A stretch of DNA of 62,859 nt, filler included. It is 4 parts of 4 records of this genome, joined end to end, with 100 filler letters (N's around TTAATTAATTAA, not from the genome) between each part and the next. Parts side by side here need not be neighbours in the genome. Positions count along the whole stretch, not along the records: positions 24,450 to 54,468 come from SRR31156797_16048; positions 54,569 to 62,859 come from SRR31156797_16065; 2 more parts are not named here. One strand, 5' to 3'. Below, one piece after another: positions 49,787 to 59,500 of the stretch. How positions within the stretch are numbered: the stretch's first letter is position 1; each line of letters opens with the position of its first letter. The notes under the pieces are model-generated. The model saw only the letters and a list, made by a program, of their open reading frames with translations, was not told where the DNA came from and did not search any database. Position numbers and translations under genes: made by a program.

Positions 49787-49806
49787 CCATCGGACTTTCA
49801 AGGAAA

Positions 49807-51531
49807 TCAGGCCAATTTCAAGGGAAATTTTCCCTCCGAGACCTCTATTAATGTCTCCGATAGAGTCGCCACAGAAAACGGTTTCTTGATAAATCCTTCG
49901 GCGCCTGCATCCAGTATTTCCCGCGCAGGACCATCAATGGAATAGCCGCTGGATACGATGACCTTCAGTCCGGGTCTGGCTTCCATAATGAGAGGATAGA
50001 CTTTGTCACCCGAAATATCAGGCAGCTTGATGTCCAAAAGTGCCAGATCAATCTCACCTCCAAATGTCCTGGCAATTTCAACGCCTCTGTTCCCTGTCTT
50101 GGCTTCCAATACCCGGTATCCCAACCTTTCCAGGAATGCCCGTGTTATTTCCATAACACTTTCTTCATCCTCAATGACCAGGACCGTCCCGTTTCCGGTG
50201 ACCGGTTCGGAATTTTCCTCTTTTACTTTTTCCGCTTCCGCTTCAATTGCGGGCAACCAGATTCGGACGGTCGTGCCTTTGTCCAATTCAGATTCAACAC
50301 TGATCCAACCATCATGGTTTCGAACAATACCGTAAACCGCTGCCATGCCCATTCCACGGCCCTGGAATTTGGTGGTAAAAAAAGGATCAAACATTCTGTT
50401 TCGCGTTTCTTCATCCATACCCTTGCCGTCATCCTGGATGGTGAGACACAGATGGGGACCCGCCCCAAGACCCGGACAGTTTTCTGTAAACGCTTCGTCC
50501 AATTCATGGTTCCGGATGGTTATCCTGATACGGCCCTCATCCTGGATAGCATCCTTTGCGTTGGTCAATATGCTGGACAGGACCATCTGCATCTGAGTGG
50601 AATCAGCCATTGTGTGATGGAGATGGCTCGGGAAATCGGTCTCCACCCTAATTTCGGAGCTTAGGGTGTGTTCCAGAATCGGTAGCGTGTCTCTAACAAA
50701 ATCACCCAAGGCCATTTCCGTGGGCCGATATTTCCCCCCTTCGGCATAGGCCAACAACTGGTCGGTCAGGCGAGACATCATATGGGCCGCATCCTTCATT
50801 TTCTCAAAATACTTGTCCCGGCCCTTTTCTCTTGGCAAATCCATCTTAAGCAGCTCCATGTTTCCCGTAATCCCCATAATGGTATTATTGAATACATGGG
50901 CGATACCTCCCGCCAAGGTGGAAATAACTTCCATATTCTGGGCGCGCTGAAACAGGGCTTCAACACTCTTTTTTTCCGTAATATCCAGGACAACGCCTCG
51001 AAACCCCGTCGGCTCACCCTCAGAATCTTTAATAAGAGATACGGAAGCCTCAACATGCCCCTTGGTTCCATTTTTCCTGATACATTCCCACTCCAGATTT
51101 CTGACGGATTTTCCCGTGGCGCGTACCTTGTTGAATGCATCAAATACCCTTTTGCCGGTCTCCTTGGTCATGATGTCCCGGGCATTCATCCCCATCAATT
51201 CTTCCCTGGAATACCCTCTGATTTTGCATATTGCATTGTTGAAGAAGGTCAAGTTGCCGGCAAGATCAACTTCATAATAGCCCTCTTCGATGCTTTCGAG
51301 AATATTTCGATATTTTTCCTCACTCTTTTTCAGTTCCCCTGCCGCCCGGTGTAACGCTTTGGTTCGGTCGTCAATTATCTTCTCCATATTTGAATGTATT
51401 TCAAGGTAGCGGGCTGTTGCGGTCTCGTTCTCCTCTCCCGTAACCCGAAGGTCATTGGTCAGATGCTTCACCTTTGTCTCCAAGTACAGGATCCTTCTCT
51501 CCAGCGCCTCCACATCATCAGACTTTGCCAT
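49807..51531 (-). CDS. hybrid sensor kinase (coiled coil-PAS-HisKA-HATPase-REC)
   Basis: PAS (YRNILE..YSREELMG), AGGIAH, DDGKG, FFTTK..GMGM and a receiver domain with LLDIKLP. Confidence 0.9.
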   Translation of the reverse strand: MAKSDDVEALERRILYLETKVKHLTNDLRVTGEENETATARYLEIHSNMEKIIDDRTKALHRAAGELKKSEEKYRNILESIEEGYYEVDLAGNLTFFNNAICKIRGYSREELMGMNARDIMTKETGKRVFDAFNKVRATGKSVRNLEWECIRKNGTKGHVEASVSLIKDSEGEPTGFRGVVLDITEKKSVEALFQRAQNMEVISTLAGGIAHVFNNTIMGITGNMELLKMDLPREKGRDKYFEKMKDAAHMMSRLTDQLLAYAEGGKYRPTEMALGDFVRDTLPILEHTLSSEIRVETDFPSHLHHTMADSTQMQMVLSSILTNAKDAIQDEGRIRITIRNHELDEAFTENCPGLGAGPHLCLTIQDDGKGMDEETRNRMFDPFFTTKFQGRGMGMAAVYGIVRNHDGWISVESELDKGTTVRIWLPAIEAEAEKVKEENSEPVTGNGTVLVIEDEESVMEITRAFLERLGYRVLEAKTGNRGVEIARTFGGEIDLALLDIKLPDISGDKVYPLIMEARPGLKVIVSSGYSIDGPAREILDAGAEGFIKKPFSVATLSETLIEVSEGKFPLKLA

Positions 51532-51533
51532 GG

Positions 51534-52412
51534 CTATAATAACCCCTGTTCTTCCATCTTAAGGATTTCCTGTTCAACATCCGTTACAATTAGATCAAGT
51601 GCATAAGATGTTAGATCCAGCTTTTTTAGACATTTCCGAAAGCGTTCTTCATCCGGAAAGGGTACATTTTGGTTTCCGGCATCCCTTTGGTGGCACACAT
51701 AATCGGCAATAAACAGTGTTGAACCGATTTTCACATATTCGGGAGGAATAATCTCCGGATCATGGTGTCCCCCGATAATTTCGACCAACCCTTCCGGAAG
51801 ATCCCAATCATCCGTTATTGCCCGGCCGATCTCCGCATGATCGAATCCAAGCACTTCTTTTTCCATCTCCGTCCGGTTTTTTCCATCGGTCTTTGTTTTG
51901 TTGATGATCTCTTTGAAGTCCTTTTGGCAGAATTGGGCCAAGACGATAATCCCTATATCATGCAATAAACCGGCGACATATATGTTCTCCCCCTTTTTCC
52001 CGAACTCTCTTCTGTAAATCATTTTCCCCAACAGGGCAACGGCAACACAATGCTTCCATAAAGCGTTTTTTGAAAACCCCTCTAGGGGGCTGCCTCCTTC
52101 GAAAACCTCACAAACCTTCTGCCGGATTGCCAGTTCCTTCAGTGCATCGAACCCTACCCAAATCATTGCCTGTTGTATTTCACAGATTTCCTTTCGCGGG
52201 GCATAGTAAGCGGAGTTTGCCAGCTGCAACAGTTTGCCGGTTAACGGAGGGTCAACCTGGATTATCTCCTTGAAATCCTGCGCACTCGATTCGGGATCAT
52301 TAATGAGTTTGATAATCCCCGTTACGATGTTCTTGATGGAAGAAATATCCGAATTTCTGACCTTCTCTACAATCTTTTCAAGTCTTGTGTGTTTTTCATT
52401 TTCCCGATTCAT
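51534..52412 (-). CDS. HDOD-domain protein
   Basis: DPPLTGKLLQLANSAYY, LWKH, AGLLHDIG and GFDHAEIG motifs. ATG at 52412 follows GGAG. Confidence 0.88.
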   Translation of the reverse strand: MNRENEKHTRLEKIVEKVRNSDISSIKNIVTGIIKLINDPESSAQDFKEIIQVDPPLTGKLLQLANSAYYAPRKEICEIQQAMIWVGFDALKELAIRQKVCEVFEGGSPLEGFSKNALWKHCVAVALLGKMIYRREFGKKGENIYVAGLLHDIGIIVLAQFCQKDFKEIINKTKTDGKNRTEMEKEVLGFDHAEIGRAITDDWDLPEGLVEIIGGHHDPEIIPPEYVKIGSTLFIADYVCHQRDAGNQNVPFPDEERFRKCLKKLDLTSYALDLIVTDVEQEILKMEEQGLL

Positions 52413-52467
52413 TTCAGATCTCCGCAAACTCCCACGTCATGGACGGCTCTGCCCCCCGTTTTCTTGA

Positions 52468-53145
52468 TTAAAAAATCTTGCGTCGGTTTTCCCGATGGTC
52501 CACCAGATAGAGATATTGGGCCTTCTCTCCCAGCTCTTTTTCAAGCTGGGAAAGTTTATCCCGTGCAACCCCGTACATGCGAATAAACACCTTTCGATAT
52601 CCTCTTTGAACATCTTGGTAGGAGCTCAGGATGCTGACCATGCGGCCCCCGTAACGGCGTATGATATCGGTCAGTTCCCGGATTGAACCGGGACGGTCCT
52701 CCACCACGAAAGCGAACTGTATCCCCCGCTTGCCCACCCCTGTCAGGGCAATGATCACCCGGAACAGATCGCCTTTGGTGATGGCGCCGATTACCTTTCC
52801 TTTCCCGTCAACCACGGGAGCACCGGAGATTTTCTTCTCCAGCAGTATTTCGGCAGCTTCTTCCACCGTAAAATCAAAGGGGAAGGTCACGGGATTTTCC
52901 GTCATAATTTCCTTGACCTTGATTTTTGATATCAAAAACAGCAATTCATGGACTTCAAGGGTATTGGCATCCGATGGGGAGGCCCTTTTGAGGTCTCTGT
53001 CCGTTACAATGCCCACGAGTTTGTCTTTCTTCATCACCGGCAACATGGAAATGTTGTTTTCCTTCATGCGATTCACGGCATCCTGCATGCTGTCGTTCAT
53101 CTCCACGGTAATAACTGTTTCGCTCATCCAGTTTTTAACCAACAT
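52468..53145 (-). CDS. CBS-pair plus ACT domain protein (AcuB-like)
   Basis: Two CBS repeats (LVGIVTDRD, GAITKGD) and EDRPG ACT motif. Confidence 0.85.
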   Translation of the reverse strand: MLVKNWMSETVITVEMNDSMQDAVNRMKENNISMLPVMKKDKLVGIVTDRDLKRASPSDANTLEVHELLFLISKIKVKEIMTENPVTFPFDFTVEEAAEILLEKKISGAPVVDGKGKVIGAITKGDLFRVIIALTGVGKRGIQFAFVVEDRPGSIRELTDIIRRYGGRMVSILSSYQDVQRGYRKVFIRMYGVARDKLSQLEKELGEKAQYLYLVDHRENRRKIF

Positions 53146-53221
53146 TATAATTCCTCCTAACTCCGGTGAAACCGGATTTTGAATTGAGGAGCGTTTCCTC
53201 TCAAATTAACAACCACGCACC

Positions 53222-54448
53222 CTATCTCTCCAATTTATATATGCGGTAAGCATTTTCATGACCGATCCGGGCTTTCAATTTTGGCGGCAACTGGCCAAGC
53301 AGGTCCATGGTGGACCGGATACTTCCGGCACTGGGATGGTTATCAGCCGGCTTGATGATTTCATCACTGCCCATGAGAAAACGATCCGGAAATTCCTGAA
53401 ACAACGCCAGCCATTCAGGCTTCAACCGGCCGTCTTCAGCCAGGGGGAAGGTTGGATTAACGATGTTTCTTTTCCGCATCCCACTGGCGATGCGGATACT
53501 CATATACAGATTCGGATTTTCCGCCAGAAGTCTCCGCGTCAAGGCAACGGTCCGTTTCCCGGTGTTGTCCCACCCCAGATGGGCCCAGACAATTTTGGTC
53601 TTTCGGTTGTGGGCCAGCAACCGGCTGAAGGCTTTGATGTTGGGTTTCAATATACGGGGATTGGGTGGTGACTTAAAACGGGGGGGCATGGGCATTTCTT
53701 CACAAATGGCTTCCATGTGAATATCGATGGGGAGATTATATTGGGCGGCCAGGTCGGCGAGTCTCAAAAAGAGCGGATGATCCGGGGGCGCTGTTTCATA
53801 TGGATGGTTTCCCGTCATGGAAAAATGTTCAGCCGTCATTTCACCAAAGCCCACCGCCCCTTTTCGAACAAGCTCGGATGCCCTGGCATGAAACTCTTTT
53901 TCCATTCTTTTTGTCACGTGCCTTTTTTGAATCGCCTCCTGGATCATCACATTCAGGCTGCCGCCTCCCCCCAAAGCGGCGAAGCGGTCGGGATACCTTT
54001 CCACCACGGGCAGCAGGTCTTCGAAATAGAGACGAAGTTTCTGGTTCACGGTCTGGGGCATGGGCATCAATAGGTTAATTTTGACACCCGTGGCATCCAT
54101 TGCCCCAAGGGCAACCCGGGCCGATTTTTCAAGATGGAGCCGCCCCATTTTCCTTGGCCCCACCAGGTGATTATGCGTATCCACATGAATCAATTCATGT
54201 ATCCTTTTGTCCACCTGTGAGGCCCGGTGCACATCCCCCGAAAGCCTTGTCCCTAAAGCTTCATGGCGCGTAATATACCCGTCCTGATTCCGATCCAACC
54301 GCATGAAGGCCGGTGGCGGACCCCTGAACTCGGACCTGGACAATCGGCCGTCGTCATTGCCATCCATAACCTGGAAAGGGGTCTGAGCCATCACGGAAGA
54401 GGGAAAACCGGCGAAAAGCAGATAGGCCCATATGGAACACAGAAGCAT
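53222..54448 (-). CDS. exported amidohydrolase-family protein with N-terminal EF-hand pair
   Basis: Signal-like N-terminus, DGNDDGRLSRSE and DRNQDGYITRHE loops, DTHNH, IHME, AHLG and GSD. The frame is open to the contig edge, so the start is uncertain. Confidence 0.7.
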   Translation of the reverse strand: MLLCSIWAYLLFAGFPSSVMAQTPFQVMDGNDDGRLSRSEFRGPPPAFMRLDRNQDGYITRHEALGTRLSGDVHRASQVDKRIHELIHVDTHNHLVGPRKMGRLHLEKSARVALGAMDATGVKINLLMPMPQTVNQKLRLYFEDLLPVVERYPDRFAALGGGGSLNVMIQEAIQKRHVTKRMEKEFHARASELVRKGAVGFGEMTAEHFSMTGNHPYETAPPDHPLFLRLADLAAQYNLPIDIHMEAICEEMPMPPRFKSPPNPRILKPNIKAFSRLLAHNRKTKIVWAHLGWDNTGKRTVALTRRLLAENPNLYMSIRIASGMRKRNIVNPTFPLAEDGRLKPEWLALFQEFPDRFLMGSDEIIKPADNHPSAGSIRSTMDLLGQLPPKLKARIGHENAYRIYKLER

Positions 54449-54468
54449 GGCGCGTTTTCTTTTTATGA

Positions 54469-54568
54469 NNNNNNNNNNNNNNNNNNNNNNNNNNNNNNNN
54501 NNNNNNNNNNNNTTAATTAATTAANNNNNNNNNNNNNNNNNNNNNNNNNNNNNNNNNNNNNNNNNNNN
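54469..54568. other. artificial contig spacer
   Basis: N-run with TTAATTAATTAA linker. Confidence 0.97.
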
Positions 54569-54618
54569 AAATGAAATTTAATAAATAACAAAAATGAATG
54601 GTTTAGAGGATGATTAAA

Positions 54619-54647
54619 TTGACATGAAACGGTCAGTTCAGTAGTCT
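54619..54647 (+). promoter_or_regulatory. sigma-70 promoter
   Basis: TTGACA-N17-TAGTCT, 40 nt upstream of the LRR gene ATG. Confidence 0.6.
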
Positions 54648-54687
54648 TTTTTGCTTTATAATTTTTTAAATTAAGTAGGGTAATGAC

Positions 54688-56499
54688 ATGAAGACCGCTA
54701 AAAAAGTGAGAGCTAGAATCGTTTTTTTAATTTTTGCACTACCGTTTCTGATGTTTTTGGGTTCCTGCGACTCCTGCAAGACTTGCCCGGAGAATGACGC
54801 TGAGGTCAATGATACAGATATAGATCAGGTAATTGAAGACAGCGTTGTTGAAGATGAGCAAGATGGCTCAGTTGATAGCGATGTTTACAACACAGGTGAG
54901 CTTGGCGGACCATGTTACGGTAATGATACTTGTAATGACGGACTGAAGTGTGATAACGGTGTCTGTGTTGAGGCTGATGACACTCCTGATGTTACAACAG
55001 ATGATGATTCCGGTGTCGTGGATAATGAAAATGATGATGAAGCAGATGAGGATGTTATGGATGATTCTGACTCGGATGAACCTGCTGCTGAATTCTGCGT
55101 TCCGTTTTGTGACACACTTTTATGCGGAGAAGATGATGGATGCGGTAATAAATGTGTTGTACAGAATTGTGGAACTGACAGGTTTTGCGGAGTTGATGCC
55201 CAGTGTCATTTGACATCAGATGTCATAACTTTTCTAGATACTGAGTTTGCAACATGTGTTAGAACAAAACTCAAAAAGAAGATCACGGAAGACATTACCG
55301 TTGCCGATGTGATGAGCATCACAGAGTTGGACTGCTCAGATATGGGTATCGTTTCGATCGATGAATTACGTTATTTTATGAATATGGAAGCTCTCGATAT
55401 TTCTAAAAATGCGATCGTTACCATTGCTTCTGATGTATTTCTTGCAATGAGCAAATTGAAGGAACTGAACTTGTCTGAAAATCAGATCGTAATGCTTTCT
55501 GATGAGATATGGAAAAACTGTGAACAACTGGAGCTTGTCGATCTGTCAGAGAACCTTATGGAGGTTCTTCCGGATAACATCTTTAATTCTGCGATCGGTT
55601 TGAAGGTCGTTATTTTATCAAATAACAAACTTGCTGCTCTTCAATCGACTCTTTTCGGGAGTGCGAAACTTGAAAGGATATTCCTTAACAATAATGAGCT
55701 TGTTGATCTTCACAGTGATCTTTTTAGCAGAAATCCTCAGTTGACTCTGCTTGATCTATCCGAAAACGGGATCGTGACAATTCCTGTCTCTCTCTTCACT
55801 TCGTTGATCAGCCTTGCTGACCTTAATTTATATGGAAATCTTATTGAAACAGTTCCTGCCGGAGCTTTTGCCAATCTGGATAATCTTGAAATGCTAAATA
55901 TTGCTTCAAACGCAATTCATACGATAGAACCCGATGCTTTTGAGGGAATGAATAATCTGGTAGATCTGCTTTTAACAGGAAATAATCTTGAGACCCTGAC
56001 TAATACGATCTTTGCTCCTTTGAAAAAGCTTGAAAGACTTTTTCTGGGCAGTAATCAGATATCCACTCTTGCTGAAAGTCAGTTTTCTCAACTATCAGAG
56101 CTTCTACTTCTTGATCTTAGCCAGAACGAGATCGAATCTCTTCCTCCGGGAATCTTTACTCCAATGGAAAATCTGCTGACAGTTTATCTTTCAGAAAATG
56201 AACTGACAACTCTTCCTTTGAGTATTTTTTCCACTCTTACTTCAATTGTGGAGATCGACCTTTCATATAATCAGCTTGCGGCACTTGACCCGGCGATGTT
56301 CACTTTTAATGGTTCACTTGAAAGGATCGTTCTTTTTGAAAACAGTATTGCGGCGCTTGATACGAACATGTTCTCTCATTTATCCTTCCTTCTTCTTCTT
56401 GATCTCAGATACAACTGTCTCCTGTCGAATTTTCTGCCGGTTGTTGTTGAGAATTGTGAGATGCAACTGGATGGAAACCCTAGAGCAGACTGTTCATAA
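54688..56499 (+). CDS. leucine-rich-repeat lipoprotein with Cys-rich and acidic N-terminal region
   Basis: Lipobox LGSC, Cys-rich modules, Asp-rich linker, internalin-like cap and about 15-16 mostly 24-aa LRRs. Confidence 0.88.
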   Translation: MKTAKKVRARIVFLIFALPFLMFLGSCDSCKTCPENDAEVNDTDIDQVIEDSVVEDEQDGSVDSDVYNTGELGGPCYGNDTCNDGLKCDNGVCVEADDTPDVTTDDDSGVVDNENDDEADEDVMDDSDSDEPAAEFCVPFCDTLLCGEDDGCGNKCVVQNCGTDRFCGVDAQCHLTSDVITFLDTEFATCVRTKLKKKITEDITVADVMSITELDCSDMGIVSIDELRYFMNMEALDISKNAIVTIASDVFLAMSKLKELNLSENQIVMLSDEIWKNCEQLELVDLSENLMEVLPDNIFNSAIGLKVVILSNNKLAALQSTLFGSAKLERIFLNNNELVDLHSDLFSRNPQLTLLDLSENGIVTIPVSLFTSLISLADLNLYGNLIETVPAGAFANLDNLEMLNIASNAIHTIEPDAFEGMNNLVDLLLTGNNLETLTNTIFAPLKKLERLFLGSNQISTLAESQFSQLSELLLLDLSQNEIESLPPGIFTPMENLLTVYLSENELTTLPLSIFSTLTSIVEIDLSYNQLAALDPAMFTFNGSLERIVLFENSIAALDTNMFSHLSFLLLLDLRYNCLLSNFLPVVVENCEMQLDGNPRADCS

Positions 56500-56515
56500 T
56501 TAAAGGGAGTGCGGC

Positions 56516-59500
56516 ATGATTAGTAAAAAGATCTTATTCGTTTTACTTACACTTGGAAGCTTGGTTCTTACCGTAACTTCCTGTGTAGAAGATAAAAATA
56601 ACAGTATCCGTATCCCAAAGTTGATGGCGACAAGCTGTCTTGATGCGGATTGCGGAACAAACGGCGATTGTCAGAACGTGGAAGGCACAGATCAGTGTGT
56701 CTGTGATCCCGGATATCATAGAGAAAACTCCGGAGACCTCCTGAGTGCATGCATTTCAGACTGTACCGGTGTAAGCTGCGGCGATAATGGAGCCTGTGAA
56801 CTTATAAGCGGAACTGCCGAGTGTAATTGTGATCCAACTTACCGTTGGAACATTGATCCGGTATCGGGTTTTCCAATTGGAAAATGTGTTGATGAATGTG
56901 GAGATGAAAATAGTTACGGGATGGCTCTTGACTGCGGTGGACACGGAAGTTGTTCAACAAACGCTCAAGGTGATCCAAGTTGCTCCTGTGATATCGGATA
57001 CCGTCCGGTTTTGGAAAATGCCAATTCTGACGGAGAGCCTCCGACCTGTGAAGGTGATTGCTACTATGATCCTGCAAACCCGGTTGATCCTTATGATTCT
57101 CAAAGCGGAACTTATACAGCACTTGACCTCTGTGGAGAAAGTGCAGGAGCTGGATACTGTGAGGTCGATCTTGATAAAAATCTGACCCAGTGTCACTGTA
57201 ATGAGAGTTTTAAGCTTGGAAGCGATGATCTAAGTTGTGTTCCGGTCTGTGACGGGATCGTTTGTGAAAGTGGAAGTTGTCAGTTTAGTGATGGAGCTCC
57301 ACATTGCAGTTGCGGCTCAGGCTATCGGGAGTCCACAGCACTTACTCCGTACGAAGGTGATCCGCAGTCGTGGATGACCGTTGTGAACGAAGATTTTTAC
57401 CTTGTTCCTAAATGTGTTCCAGAGACATTGTCCGACCTGCTTTACTATCCTTTTGATATGATTAATAACCCTGATTATGCCGGAATGGCTGACAGGGATG
57501 ATACCCGTTATGATGCTGAGGATATTTCTATTTCACCAGTAAAGGACGACCTTCATGTGAGTGGAAATCTTTACAGAGGTGCCGGTGTTCTTGGCAGTTC
57601 TCTATTTCTTGAAGGTACACCTGATAGATATGGTGTGGCTGAAAGTTCTGATGATCTCAATCCTTCCGGATCATTTTCTGTGAGCTTCTGGTTCAGACCT
57701 CTTGATACTCAGCCACAAAACACAGTGATCATTATGAAAGAAGATCAATACGGTGTCGGGATCGGAGAAAATGGGAAGCTGATGTTTGCTTTCGCTACAG
57801 ACAGTTCACAGTGGCAGTGGTATCAGACAGCTTTTGATGTTGTCTTGGACAGTTGGAATCTTATTGCTCTTACTTGGGATGGGACTGATGTTTCTATCGT
57901 TGTTGTTCCAGAAGGAGGGTCACTTGATTCACATTCACAAACTCCTGGTGGTACTTTTGAAAGCGGAAACGAGCCTCTTATGGTTGGTTATACACCGGAT
58001 GCTTCAATGGGAGTTACTGGATGGATCGATGAGCTCAAGTTAAAAAACGGAGCAATAACTAGCTCTCAACTGTTGGATGAATTTAATTTTGTTATGACCT
58101 ACTACGATGGAGATTCAGGTACAACTCATACTGATCCCTGTTTTAATCTTGTCTGTCCAAAAGACAGGATCTGCATATCTGACCCAACTTCATCAGATCC
58201 AATGCCGGAATGTGTCTGTGATCTGGGATTTGCACCGAATGAAAGTGGTGCCTGCGAGTTCGTTTGTGGAGGATATAACTGTAATAACAATGGAACATGT
58301 TCAGCCGATAGCAATGGAGATCCTGAGTGTCTTTGCGATATAGGATTTAGTGGCAGTTACTGTGATAACAAGAATTTCTCTGATTCTCAGTGTGAAGTTG
58401 GTGAAGTTTTTGACGGTACGAATTGTGTTTCAGATACTGATCTTAAATTATGGTACAAATTTAATGACTATGGAAACCGTACCGTTGTTGATCATTCAGC
58501 TCCAACTTCAGATGATGCCTTTAATGGAACGATCCCCTCTTGGGCAGATGCTTCATGGGTTAGCGGTGTAAATGGTTACGGCCTTGATTTTGAAAAAGGT
58601 TATGTTCTTACTGAAAATCGTTCAGGGTTGACAAACGATGCTTCAATTAACGGTCAGGATAAATTCAGTTTTATAGTGTGGCACCGTCAACCTCAATTCG
58701 CTTATCCCAAAAATGAAATTACCGATCTGGTCAGAGGTCCCGAGTATGGACTTTCAGTCGTAAGGGATGAGTCAGATACTTATCTTCTGCTTACACTTTG
58801 TACTCAGGGGACCCAGGAAGATCAGTTCCATGATTACAACGGACTTGATGACGGAAGTTGTAGAAGTTGGTCCGAGTCGGTCAAGGGATCGGACGTTGAT
58901 GATCTTAAGGAAGGTCACTGGAATCAGATCGCTTTCACATATAGAGACGATGGCAATGCCTATCTTTTTGTAAACGGAGTTGAAACCGCAAACTTTGCAA
59001 TTCCTTTTCTATTTGAACCCAAAGGTTTTATGAAGCCTCAGGGTGCAGATACAACCCTGATACTTACTGACGGCATGATGGATGACTTTTTTCTTTATCA
59101 CCGTTCTTTAACTGATAATGAGATAGCACAAAATTACCGTGAACTTCCTTGCGGAGGCATTGATTGCTCAGGACATGGACGATGCGTGCAGGAAAGCATT
59201 GCGCCGGTCTGTGTTTGTGACGAAGGTTATGTCGGTCATCTTTCGTTTCCTTTTGATTGTTTTGAAAATGTTGAGATAGATATTGTTGATGAGAACCTAA
59301 GATCCTGTGTAAAGGAACATTTGAGAATATCTACAGAAGATCCAATATTGAAAAAGGATATGCTGTATCTTCAGATGCTTCGCTGTCGTTCTTTGGATAT
59401 AGAAGATCTGACGGGACTGGAGTATGCACTTGATCTGAAAATGCTGGATCTTAACAACAATGACATATCAGATGTATCCAGTTTAAAAGATCTTAGAAAA

